Source: Octopus bimaculoides (lineage: Eukaryota). Taken from it: a DNA stretch of 51,542 bases. Where the stretch lies: assembly GCF_001194135.2 (NCBI RefSeq), contig NC_068986.1:113799245-113850786 (forward strand), given 5' to 3'. Made by a program: the position numbers and the translations under genes. Below are positions 37,820-50,262 of the stretch, one piece after another. The notes under the pieces are model-generated. The model was not told where the DNA came from. It made no database searches and worked only from the letters and a program-made list of their open reading frames with translations. Numbering within the stretch: position 1 is the stretch's first letter; the number at the start of each line of letters is the position of its first letter.

Positions 37820-38720
37820 AGGCCGGGAGCTGGCAGAGTCGTTAGCACGCTGCACAAGATGCGGAGCGACGTTTCTTTTTGCTCTTTGTGTTCTCAGTTC
37901 AGATGACACCGTTGTCGACGTTGCGTTTCATCTTTACGGGGTTCGATAAAATAAGGACAGTCGAACACTGGAGCTCATGTGATCGACTTCCCTTCCCCTC
38001 AAATTCCCCGTCCTTTTGCTAAAATTTGAAACTATTATTATGATCACGAAGGTGGGTGAGCTGACAGAATGGTCATCGCACCGGACGAAATTCTTAGCGG
38101 TATTCCCTCCGACTTTTTACTTTCTTACTTGAGACCCCCGTCAAGGTAAACGTAGTCTTATATCTTTCCAGAGTCGATAGATAAAGTCCCAGTCAAATAT
38201 AGTGTCTGATAGCATTGACTTAGCATTTTTCTCAAGACTATTAACCCTTTGCCAAAATCAGAAACCATTATCAATATAATTAGCTGATTTTTTTTTTTTT
38301 TACTCTTCTTTCCAAACGCTGCTAACTTGTAGAATCGTTAGAGCACCCGGAGAAAACACTTATATTTCCGACCATTGCCGTTCTCAGTTCAAATTACACC
38401 GAGGTTAACAACGTCGTTGCTCTTTTCACGGTTGATAGAATAAAGTACCAGCTAATACCCCGACTTAACTCTGAACTCAGCCTTGTGCCTAAACTGGAAA
38501 TCATTAGCAATGAAATTGTTGAAGGAATGCGCTGGTCGATTCCTAAGAACATCGGGCAAGATGCCATGTTTATTCTAACTCTTTATGTCCTGAGTTCAAA
38601 TCACACTGAGGATAGTTTTGTTGTTCCTTTTTCATTGTTTGGTGGTCAATGAAATGAAGAAGCAATAAAATGCTAAAGTCAATTAATCTCCCATCTTCAT
38701 ATTGTAATCATTCTGACTTA
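37820..38720 (+). mobile_element. Tandem cluster of about 4 old SINE B copies
   Basis: Repeated heads at ~37820, ~38048, ~38320, ~38530, each with a gttca/B box and gtcgat central motif. Confidence 0.7.
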
Positions 38721-38994
38721 ATTACAAGTAATTATATATTTACTTTGTGCCTATTTTAGGAACAACAATTCATTATATATATGTATATATACTCTTTTAG
38801 TTGTTTCAGTCATTTGACTGCGTCCATGTAGAAGCAACGCCTTTCGTCAAACAAATCGAACCCAGGGCTTATTCTATGTAAGCCTAGTACTTATTCTATC
38901 GGTCTCTTTTCCTGAACCGCTCAGTTGCAGGGTCGTGAACACATCAACATCAGTTGTCAAGCGATTCTTGGGACACACACACACACACACACAC

Positions 38995-39662
38995 ATCCCT
39001 TAATTATGTTTATAAATTTATAAGAAATTTTAAATAAGTTCTTTACCGATAATGGTGTTTACATACCGAAGTGCTTGGTAAAAATTATTAATTATTAATC
39101 TATTAATAAACTAATAATCCTTTACCCTTTTATTTGTAATAATTATTCACTCCCTGATAGTAAACCACAGATTTTCTGCGGTATTGCTTGTGACGCACAT
39201 GGTAATTCTTGAGCAGGGATAAGGACTAACTGGCCTATGTAAGTTCGGAGGTGCTGGTTATTTTATGTTGATGCACGATGTCGCTTCGTCGAGCATGCAT
39301 AAATGCCTGCATCTTCAAATTTGCAAACTAGAATATCATACTGATGACGGAAATGAGGTTTTTACTATTCTGATCCAGAAACGCGTCTATGATTAACTAA
39401 GACTGGTTAGTTTCATTGTTTTTTCTTCTTGTTTTGCCTTTGTGAGTTACAAGTATTGCTATCTGTTGGAGTTTTAGCACTTTAGCTGCTACTTCTTAAC
39501 TTCGGTATGTGGTGAAGCAACTGTTGCTGATCCCTTAATAATGTTTATAAATTTATAAGAACTTTTAAATAAGTTCTTTACCGACAATGGTGTTTACATA
39601 CCGAGGTGCTTGGTAAAAATTACTAATTTATTAATAAATTAATATTCCTTTACCCTTTTATT

Positions 39663-39666
<4 letters not shown>
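38995..39666 (+). mobile_element. HHR-bearing non-coding element with ~140 bp direct terminal repeats (retrozyme/PLE-like)
   Basis: 38995-39138 is nearly the same as 39530-39666 (period 535 bp); hammerhead motif at 39335-39393; no ORF. Confidence 0.75.
39335..39393 (+). ncRNA. Type-I hammerhead ribozyme motif
   Basis: atcata CTGATGA c gga...tcc a GAAAC GC GTC tatgat: perfect 6-bp stem I, palindromic ACGCGT stem III, GUC triplet; first stem II pair is a C·A mismatch. Confidence 0.75.
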
Positions 39667-39705
<39 letters not shown>

Positions 39706-40159
39706 ACGACGGGCTTCTTTCAGTATCCATCCACCAAATCCACTCACAAAGCTTTGGTCGGCTATAGTAGAAGACACTTGCACGAGGTGCCTCGCAGTGG
39801 GACTGAACCTGGAACCATGTGGCTAGTAGGCGAGTTACTTACCACACAGCCACTCCTGCGCCTATATGTTCGAGACGAACATAACTATAAATAATAGCTT
39901 TTGATATGTTCTGTTAAAAAAATCTTTAGATGCTCCTCGTGGGACATGAATCAAGTATTTCTATAATCTTTACATCAATTATTTGTACAAATTTCTAACT
40001 GCTACTAAATTTACATATTGATAATAAATAGACTTATATTTTGCTTGTCAGGTTAAAGTGCTTAATTTGAGCTTGCCGCCTAAATATCGTTATTCATAAA
40101 GTTTGCTAAAGCTCTCTTTGCTAATTGTATATTTTTTTTAATATTATTAACTCATCAGG

Positions 40160-40440
40160 GTTGTTGTAATCGACTTAACCCCTACCCCGAAACTGCTGGC
40201 CTTGTGCCAAAATCGGAAATCAGCATTACTTACATATCTAACGTGGCGAATGGGTGAATCGATATTATTCCGAACAAAATGCTTAGCTGCATTTTGTCCG
40301 TCTCGAAGTTCTGACTTCAATTTCTTTTCATCCTTTCGATGTCGACAAAATAAGTACCAGCTGAATACTTGGAACGATGCAGTCGAGTTACCCCCCCCCA
40401 CCCAAATGCTGGCCTTGTGCCAAAATTTGAAACCAACATT
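40160..40440 (+). mobile_element. Old SINE B copy plus partial copy
   Basis: aaatgcttagc..., gtcgacaaaataagtaccag, ggccttgtgccaaaat tails. Confidence 0.7.
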
Positions 40441-40504
40441 ACTAACACATCCCACAACTATTTGTAAATCTCACAACGAGAGATATTCAGCAACAGTACT
40501 TTGG

Positions 40505-40693
40505 AGTAAAGATTGTTTGCCAACATAACAAAGCATTCCTGGTTTAGGACAAATGTTGCTGTAATTTAGCCCCAGGAGACATCGTCTCTATCGTGTCGTA
40601 TAGCCAACTGGAAACGATGTCTCCTGGGGCTAAATTACAGCAATATTCGTCCTAAACCAGGACTCCCATGTTATGTTGGCAAACATTCTTTAC
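40505..40693. mobile_element. Fold-back (palindromic) MITE-like element
   Basis: Arms 40514-40585 and 40614-40685 are near-perfect reverse complements; ~28 nt loop; extends to gtaaaga/tctttac. Confidence 0.85.
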
Positions 40694-40864
40694 ATCCCTC
40701 AATTATATAAATTGTTTGAGTAAAGACAACCATCACAAGATCAGGTCTCTTCTCTTACTTCCATTTTGCAGATCCTCATTCTAGTCAAACTAACACGCGT
40801 ATTTCAGAAAATAGCATTAAGAGCCATTTCTTATGATAAAGTAAAATAAAACTTTCTGATTTTG

Positions 40865-41060
40865 GCATGTGGCCAGTATTTTCCAGGGGAGGCGATCAGT
40901 CGACTAAATCGCCCTCACTGCTCAACTGACATTCATTTCATCGACCCTGAAAAAAATGAAAGTCAAACTAGACCTCAGTTTTCACAACGGAGAGACGGAC
41001 GAAATGAAACTATGTCTCTTCTCAGGCATGCTAATTATTCTGCTAGCTCACCACTTTCTC
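40865..41060 (-). mobile_element. Old SINE B
   Basis: Reverse central domain tcatttcatcgaccctgaaa...gaaagtcaaac. Confidence 0.6.
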
Positions 41061-41236
41061 GTAAAGTAAAATTATACCAGTAAAAAATGGCACAATAAGA
41101 AGGTTACTCAATCGCAAAACCCTAATCAGCATTAATATTATCTTGAAAATTGGCATTTGTTGTTGGCTGTTAATATCGATTAATGGAATTAAAATAAGAG
41201 GATTACACCTACTAAATATATATATGTATGTATGAC

Positions 41237-41284
<48 letters not shown>

Positions 41285-41294
41285 NNNNNNNNNN

Positions 41295-41336
<42 letters not shown>

Positions 41337-41700
41337 TTACACATGCCCACACACTTATATATGTACATGATACATATGGTATTATATAAATATACATATA
41401 TACACATATATATGCATATATATGTGTGCGTGTGCTTGTATATATATATATATATATATATATGGGTGGGGGGTGTATGTGTATGTACATAAGAAATAAT
41501 TATTTTTTTGACAATTAAACATCTCTTAATTATAGAAATATTTACTTTATAATTAATGTCTTAGCTAACATAATTAGAACTATTTAAATATTTGCAAAGC
41601 CTATGGCTATCGGTGGATAATAATATAAATAACGAAATAATGGCAATCACAATGTTGATAATGAAAATATTAATAACAACAACAACAATAGCAACAACAA

Positions 41701-41736
<36 letters not shown>

Positions 41737-43859
41737 GTGTTATAATAAGCAAATGAAAGACCCTGATATTGATTAGTATGTTGGCTTATAGTTAAAAACT
41801 AGTTGCCTTTTCATTATATGAGAATAACTAAGTAATTATATGATGTTCGATGTGATAGAAGAAGTTTAGCCCGAGGGAATATCATAGTGTAGCAGTGTAA
41901 TGTGCAAGAATTTTAATATACTTGGGACAACGGACATGTTGTCACATCATTAATGTGTCACCGTTATGTGCATGTGTATGTATGAGAGAAAGATAAAGAA
42001 AGAAAGAAAGATAGACAGACTGAGAGAGCGCGAGGGAGGGAGGGAGGGAGGGAGATGAAGGGAGTTTCAGTTAAGATTTGTGACAGGTTTTAGGGAGAAA
42101 GATGCATCTGGAGTTAGAACTATATATATTACAAGTTTAGATGCCGTAAGTAGACCAAAATTCCAAGACTGATGTGTTCCGTTTTACAATATATTACCAA
42201 AGATTCCTAAACCGAATTAGGCCACATCCATTCGAATCTTATCACTGAATATTCACTAAATATATTTTGTGGGGGAAAAACACGACGAAAGAATCAAACA
42301 TTTGATGAGTGAATGTATTGACTTTTCACGAAAGAAACATCAGAAAAAAAAATACAATAATCTTTCATGGATTGTCCGCCGGGAATTATGTAGAAAGCAG
42401 ATATTGGAATATAGGAATTGTATAAATATCAACCTGTTTCCAAGATCGAAAGTAGAGAGATTAAAATCTGTAAGGATCTCACCCTTAATGCACCCATGTG
42501 TATAATATAGAGAGTTGGAGAATTTAATTTGTTGAAATGAAGAAGATAATATAAATAAATATATCGATGGCTTAGAAGGTGAGAAGTCTAGAAACTAGAA
42601 TACAACAAGAAACAAGAAGCATTATGATGATCTATAAATAAGAAGATTCACATATGTGACTAGAAAGACGTGTGAATCTAATAAAACTAGTTCGAAAATG
42701 TAACAATCGGATCCTTAGCTATGGTCTCTTAAACATTATATATGTGCATAAGTGAAATGGAATTATGATGTACTATCAATAATGATAGATGCTCCATATA
42801 GTTGCGCTAATACTCTGAATGTATGCTAAGCTATAATAGTGAGATAAATGGGATACTAAACGTAATGGTGTATAACAGACAACACAAGAGTGGAACGAAG
42901 ATATAGAGATAGATTTTATACCGATTGTAATAGGGGTTCTCTTTGGCCCCGTCAGACAAGATGAATGGTGAATTATAATCGAGTGATAAATATGGATAAT
43001 GGCAAAAGGGTCTTGAGTTGGAGTACAAAAGAAGCGAGGCCGATATAAAGGCAACAGTAATAGCGTCTGTGTGTATTATCTCAATACAGCTTTAAATATA
43101 TTCAGAATTACAAGACTATGGCGTAATCTTGGAAATTGCTCGTTATTTTTCTGTTTCATTTGCAAGATATTTGGTGTGAGCTCATTATGTGGAAACATAG
43201 TTTGTTGTGTCTGGGGAGGATCTACATAAATATGAGACAGAAACTGTAAACTAGGAGGCACAGAGACAGCGCAGAAACAGAGCTTGAGTAGCGAGGGCAT
43301 TTTCATTGATGAGACCGGGAATGGGGAAGGAAGGCCTTTGACAAACCTAGATGATTGAGTCACTGAACAATTAATGAAGGTATCGACTAAATTAACTGGT
43401 TAAATGGTTAAATAATTAACGAATATAAATAAAATAAAAACTGAAATAAAACGCAAGTTTATAATTGGCAAATGCTTTTCTTGAAAAACAAGAAAATCTA
43501 CGTCATTTATTATTCAGAGTGAATTATTGAAAAAGACACGACCTTAGCTTTTATATATCTAACAATAAACTCAGCATTGAACCCTTCCTCTTTAAACAGT
43601 AAAGTGTGACTTAATGGAGATTTTAGCTGATATTTCTCACTGGTGAAGCAACCACATTGGGTTGTAATTATTGCTGCTAGAGTTGTTAATGGTTTTCCAT
43701 GTTAATGCTATTCTTATCATTCGCCAAATTTCTAGACTTCATGATTTAATATGAATTTTTTTTTTTATTATTAAATCTAGTTTCGCTATTTTAGTTCATT
43801 TACTATGATTGGCGGGATAAAAATAATAACCAAATGCAAAGAAAATGGAGAAGATGCCT

Positions 43860-44101
43860 TGAGGGAAGAGCAACTCTATTGATGATGGTAATGATGATGA
43901 TTCTGTCGGGGCGGGCATGGATAGTGTGGAGCGGTGCTGTGTTAATGACGGTGAGGTAACGAAGTTAGTGATGATGGTGACGATGCTGCTGTAAGTGGTG
44001 GCGGTTATCGTGTAGCCATGATCGAGTTGTTCATGATGATGATGATGATGATGTTGGCATTCGTAATGATAACACGATAACGACGACAATGGTGAAGACG
44101 A

Positions 44102-44135
<34 letters not shown>

Positions 44136-44190
44136 GCTGTGGTCGTGGCGTCAGTGGTAAATACGTGAGTTACTGCGTTCACTGGCGATG
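43860..44190. repeat. Cryptic triplet mosaic
   Basis: GAT/GGT/ATT runs. Confidence 0.8.
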
Positions 44191-44689
44191 GTGATTACGA
44201 GTGTGTGGGACTGGTGTGGTTTCTATGTTCAGAAACGAGTTCATTAACGACTTTGTAAATGGTGAATATTCATACACCAGTGAATAAACACAGATTTCGC
44301 AATGTACTGGGTAATTCAAAAGTATGCATACACAGAGAAATATCATCTAAATTACATCCTAAATTCTCCAAATAACATCAAATACACTGTATCGTTCGAT
44401 ATCGAAACCTTCTTGATTTCATTGAAGACTTCCAGCCGTTCTCTATGGTGTCTGACTAATGTTATAAAATAGATAGGTTTTTTTTCTAATTTAGCGCAAC
44501 AAAAGTTCTGGGTCGACTCTTGCAAACCATTCATTTCAGGTGATTCTGTTGAAAAGAAAAAAAAGGAAAGAGGAAGCAGGTGCGAGTGCACAGGCAGCCT
44601 AATAGGTGCATTTCTGCGGATTGAACCAATAATAACCGGGCGTCATTTCATCATTTTAAATGGTACGGAATTATTGTGTATTTAATATT

Positions 44690-45354
44690 TTTTTATCTAC
44701 TCTAGGCACAAGGCCCGAAATTTTGTGGGGAGAGGGCCAGTTGACTAGATCGACCCAAGCACGCAACTGGTACTTAATTTATCGACCCTGAAAGGATGAA
44801 AGGCAAAGTTGACCTCAGCGGAGTTTGGACTCAGAACATAAGGACAAAATACCGCTAACCATTTCGACCTGCATGCTAACATTTCTGCCAGCACGCAGCC
44901 TTTGTGTATTTAATATTATTATCCAAGCCAAGGCGGCGAGCTGGCCGAAACGTTAGCACACCGGGCGAAATGCTTAGCGGTATTTGGTCTTCTGTTACGT
45001 TCTGAGTTCAAATCCCATCATTTCGGGGTCGATTAAATTAAGACTCAGTTACGCACTGGAGTCGATGTAATCGACTTAACCCGTTGTCTGTCCTTGTTTG
45101 TCCCCTCTATGTTTATCCCCTTCTGGGCAATAAAGAAATGAATATTATTATTCAAGTCAAGGCGGCGAGTTTGCAAAAACGTTAACACGCCGGGCGAAAT
45201 GCTTAGCGGTATTTCGTCTAACTTTACATTCTGAGTTCAAATTCCGTTGAAGTCGACTTTACCTTTCATTCTATCGGGGTCGATAAATTAAGTACCCTGC
45301 CCGAAAATTTCAGGCCTTGTGCGTAGAGTAGAAATGAATATTATTATTCAAGCC
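44690..45354. mobile_element. Cluster of three SINE B copies (-, +, +) with TSDs
   Basis: 44690-44900 minus, 44932-45140 plus (tail 2), 45161-45336 plus (tail 1). Confidence 0.9.
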
Positions 45355-46034
45355 GCTAGGTTCTGCTGCATTCTTTCAATATGTGGCAAGTTTATCGGAG
45401 ATTAATTTACGTTAGAAATCAATTCCCTCAAATGAGTTTATCTGAAATGGAGATAAATTACGAAAAGGTGGTGCAAGAGAAATAATCGAATAATATATAG
45501 CTTAGCTTTCTAAGTATTTCCTTAACTCTTTGCAAAATATAACTTCACACGGGATTTATGCAACGTAAACCAAAGACAAAGTTCGTTTGCTAACGTAAAC
45601 GGAAAATTCAAGATTGATTTCTTAATGTAAGCGTAAGAGACATTTTATTTGCTAACGTAAACGGTTCTATATTCATAATCGGTTATGTTTATAGCAATTA
45701 TGTTTATAGCAACGACGACACGAAAGTATAACTCAGCAGGTGTCATTAAGCTGCACCTGAAAAGTTGTAGTAATTAATTAAATATCAAAATAAAAATGCC
45801 AGAATATTTGCAAATTCTTAACCCATAACGGGTTAACTTCATTTTACTTACAGTTCTAAGAGGCTTCTTCCAATCTTAAATATACTCATAAATTCAAGCC
45901 ATTTTCATGATTTCTTTCTCGGGCTTGAAGGCTACCGGATGTCTATGTTATATGAATGCCCGGCTTTGCAATATATCCGCTGAGCGAGATGCCCTTCCGT
46001 TGAGAGTTGAAGGACAACACTTTCTGAGGGGAGA

Positions 46035-46190
46035 GCACGTGTCGATTATATTGAACTCAGAGTTTATTTCATTTGCCACAAAGGGATGAAAGGCATGGTT
46101 GATCTCGGCGGAATTTGATCGCAAAGAGCAGGTAGAAATGACGCTAAGCATTTTGTCCGATATGTATACAATTTTACCAGCTGGCTGCCT
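46035..46190 (-). mobile_element. SINE B fragment
   Basis: gggatgaaaggcatggttgatctcggcggaatttga...cgctaagcatttt. Confidence 0.7.
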
Positions 46191-46286
46191 TGACATACCT
46201 CTCCCGTAATGACAACCTATTTTCCCCTGTTCACCTTCTTAAACTCTTAAGCAATACTATTTTATGAGTCATATTTACGAGTCATA

Positions 46287-46404
46287 CGGTGTCAAACTTT
46301 TGGCCACTGGAAACTGCGATCTGCTCACCGGCAAAAAAAATTGTTGTAAATATTTTTGTCAGTGAACAAATCGCTGTTTCGAGTGGCACAAACTCGGACA
46401 CCAT
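46287..46404. mobile_element. Small palindromic Tc1/mariner-type MITE
   Basis: TA then cggtgtcaaacttttggccact ... agtggcacaaactcggacacca; whole element is an imperfect palindrome. Confidence 0.55.
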
Positions 46405-46436
46405 GGGTCTTTGTGTGTTTCTGAATGGTTAAATTA

Positions 46437-46622
46437 CCTTATTTTAACGTGCATAAGGAAGCCTCGAGTATAAGGAGACCCCTATTCTGTTAGGCTTAAA
46501 ATTTGGAAAAAAGGATTTGTAAGGGATTATAATACTATCGGTATATAAGAAACTCCAATATTTTTTAAACCTAATTTTTGACAAAAAAGGGTCCCTGGTT
46601 CCTTATACACGTTAAAATACAG
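46437..46622. mobile_element. Tc2/pogo-type MITE with TA TSD
   Basis: attttaacgtgcataaggaa / ttccttatacacgttaaaat inverted repeats (1 mismatch in 20), TA at 46435-36 and 46623-24. Confidence 0.75.
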
Positions 46623-47109
46623 TATATCTTCCGCGTTGAGACTTTAAGCACATGATCTCAAATCAAAACACTTGCCATGCAAATACATCTCCGTAACACA
46701 CACACACACACACATACACATATATGTATATATTACAGCGATATATACTCACACACAGATACACACACATACACGTGTATGTGTGTTTGAAAACACACAT
46801 ACAATCAACAATGCATTGAAGGAAAGCCATGCAAAGTCGTGATGCAACGAATAGCGGCGGCTTTAGAATATCTTCGTATTTATGTTTTTACAGATATGTC
46901 GTCTATTAACTTGGTAGTCGCCGTGTAGCATAAACCACACAACATTTTCGCAGTGGTGCAGGGCTGTTCCTGCCCGTAACCATGAAACGATCTTACAATC
47001 TTTTTCACCTCTGACCTTTCTTTTATCCTATTATCTTGCCTGACATTAACACATTAATCCCGCCTTTTCCTCGTTTCACCGACCTGGTTACTCATACTTT
47101 GATATCGTT

Positions 47110-48330
47110 GTTGTCTTTATCATCGTCGTTGTTGCTGTTATTGTTGTTGTCATTGTTATTGTTGTTGTTGTAAATGTTGGTGTTATTATCATCGTTTGTG
47201 TTATTGTTGTTGTTTATTATTTTTGTTTTTGTTGTTCTTATCGTTGTTTCATTACTGTTGATTTTGCTGCTGCCGCTGTTGATGTTGTTAGTAGTAGTAG
47301 TATTAGTAGTGGTAGTAGTAGTAGTAGCATCATCATCATCATCAGCAGCAGCAGCAGTAGTAGTAGTAGTAATTGTTATGATGGCTAATAGCGTTGCTGT
47401 TGTTGTTCTTATTCTTGTTGATGATGATGATGGTGATGATGTTCAGTGGTTCTTTTAGGTGATGATGACGTATCGGGGATGTATTTATTATTATTGTTGT
47501 TTTTGTTCTTGGTAAGACTGGTGGAGGCGGTGGAGTTGTAACGTGTACTAATTACACAGCAATGTTGTTGTTGTTCTTGTCGTGGTAGGGGTGTTAAACG
47601 CTTTGTAGATGGTGACGGTGATGATGATGGCTAAATTTATTGTTGTTTCTGTTTTATATCAAATATTTTTCGTGGTTGTCCTCGTTTTCCGTGGCGGCGC
47701 TGGTGGTGGCGGCGGTAGTAAGGATGGCGTGGTGGGGATGGCGCTGATGGCGGTGGGAGCTGGATTTAAATAATTAATTCTGTTGTAGGCGGGTGTGTTG
47801 GTTAATATGATAAAGTTACAGATGCTGATGGTGATGATGATGAAGATGATTACGGTAACGAGCACGACTACGACAATTGTAATGATGGTGGTGGTGGTGG
47901 TGGTGGTGGTGGTGGTGGTGGTGGTGATGATGATTACAGCAACGACGATTACGATGAGTGTAACGATGATGATGATTGTTATGATAATGGTGATGAGGAG
48001 GTGGAGGAATACGACGATGATGATGATGATGATGATCATCATCATTATTATTGTTATATTATTGTTGTCATTGTTGTTATTATTATTATCATCATCATCA
48101 TCATCATGGCAGTGTTGCTGTAGATAATGTTAAACGATCAAGATTATGACGATGACAAAGGCGATGATGATAATGATGGTGATGATGAGGAGGAAGATGA
48201 AAGGGACGATGTCAAGGAGGAAGCGTATTGATATAAATAATTATGATGACAATGATGGTGTTAAAGTTAATCACCACGATAACGGTAATAACAATGATCG
48301 TGATGATGATGACCACCATCATGACCATAA
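47110..48330. repeat. Cryptic trinucleotide mosaic (GTT/GAT/GGT/GTA/ATT)n
   Basis: About 1.2 kb of shifting triplet runs. Confidence 0.9.
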
Positions 48331-48492
48331 ACGGAAACTCGCGTTTTAGCCTCCATTGTGTTCGAATTATCTTTGATACAATATTCATGTATCACTCAAT
48401 ACTCAAAATATATCAGCTGGTTTTGAACACTTGGTTATAAATTATCGAGAAAAATTACAGAACAAACAGCATAATATATCATTTAATTATTT

Positions 48493-48529
<37 letters not shown>

Positions 48530-48949
48530 AAGAAATAGATTTTTTCATTGAAATTGAAAGTGAAAGTTTCTCTCGCGACGCGTGTTTCATGCTTCTGCGA
48601 TTTGCAGGCGAGAACTGATACAATCTTGTATTGGTGGTATATTTATATCCTTTGGTGTCAGTTTGTTTGGATTAGTGTTATTTTTTGTCCATCGGTTGAC
48701 TGATCTGATGGCATTTTTTTGGAATCATTATGGATTAAGTCATTTTTGTGCTGTGGTAGTTGTATTTCATACAAACGAACGTTAGGAGGGTGTTGTGTTA
48801 TTAATTTAAGAATTGTGAGTTGTTCATGGAGTGGCATTTTTCTTGTGTGCGTGTGATTCTTTCATTCTATTATAGGTTTCAGCCCGGAGGCTGCGGCCAC
48901 GCTGGGGCACCACCGTTGATTGTGTGTATGATTTTAAAAATATGCTGCT

Positions 48950-49660
48950 TTTGAGAAATAGACTTAGTCTGTGTGTTTCACGGGTTGGGCCAGCTATAAT
49001 GGTTCGTAGTTTTAGGTCCCCCAGGTTTGGTGTATGTATGTACGTCTTTGGTTTCATTTATAATCTGGCTTTTGTGTATTTTTGGTAGACCATAGAAAAG
49101 GCTAGGTTTGCATTTAAATTTGTTAGAAAATCAATCTCTTTGGTTGTCAGTTCATTTCTATGGGTGAGGGCGGAGTTTTCATTATTTTTTGCGGAGTGTA
49201 GTTTGTGGCTTTTTCATAAAGTTGATTGTCATCAAGCATGGACATTACTAGATTTCTATAGTATAATGTGTCCATTACTACCACTGCACTTCCTTTATCT
49301 GCTTCCTTAATCGTTATATCTTCATTATTTTGAAGTTCTGTTAGTTCCTTCCATTGTGTAGTGTTAAAGTTTGAGATATTTTTCTATTTATGCATGGTGT
49401 GGTAAGGAAAGTTCTAAATGTGTTTGCAGAATTCATCAAAATTTTTATTTCTTCCTTTGTGGGGGATGTGTTCACTTTTGTTTTTGACTAGTGAGTCATC
49501 TTCAGTATTGTAATTGGTTAATGCTTCTGTGAGTCTTAATTTTCTACAGAATTCTATTATACTATCCTTCACTTCATTTTTGTTGGCTCTACGGGGAGTT
49601 GGGGTGAATTTTAGCCCTTTTCAGAGGATGTCTATTTTTAGGCTTGAAAGAGGTATAGAT
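48950..49660 (-). mobile_element. Penelope-like element fragment (N-terminal and RT start), decayed
   Basis: KGLKFTPTP...EFCRKLRL...ITIKEADKGSAVVVMDT.YY...LKLRTIIAGPT.ETHRLS fits PLE motifs 'GL.F.PTP', 'IK.ADKG.AVV.MD', 'RPII'. Confidence 0.85.
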
Positions 49661-50214
49661 AGATAGATATGTATATGTGTGTGTGTACGTGTGTGCCTAT
49701 GTAATATTATATGTCAGTGCACATACGCATATACACACATAGATATGCCCCTTACACATCGGCATACATGTGAACGCATGAATGCATATATATTTATATG
49801 TATTTGTGTGTGTGAGTGTGTGAGTACATATGTGAAAGGATGTCCCTATGTATCTGACTATGTTTATACAGAAATCGTGACTGTGAAGAAATCAATGGAA
49901 GAAATAAATACAGAGTGAGAGAGAGAGAGAAACAATTTGTATTTATATGAATATCTTGTTAAAGGTCAACTGATAATCCTAATCATAAAGTGGGTGTGGT
50001 CATCGTGGCAGCAGTGAGCTCCGATACACCAAACACTGTTTTAACGCAATCTTTCAAAAGTAGGCTGTAACCCGATTTATCCTCTGCTACTTCATTTCTA
50101 TAGATACAAGATGAAATTTTGATACCATCTAATTCTTATTTACTTTCATGTCAAATTTGTGCATAGCATGTTCTTCAAAATATATCACCGAAATCTCTCT
50201 CTCTCTGTCATCCT

Positions 50215-50262
<48 letters not shown>

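Larger units (their letters stand above)
38790..39865 (-). mobile_element. SINE family A split at its central microsatellite by a ~670 bp insertion
   Basis: 3' half at 38790-38975, 5' half at 39705-39865. Confidence 0.88.

Noticed and set aside
43076-43363. 95-aa minus-strand ORF in unique sequence
   Set aside because: No motif or splice context; length is compatible with chance across six frames
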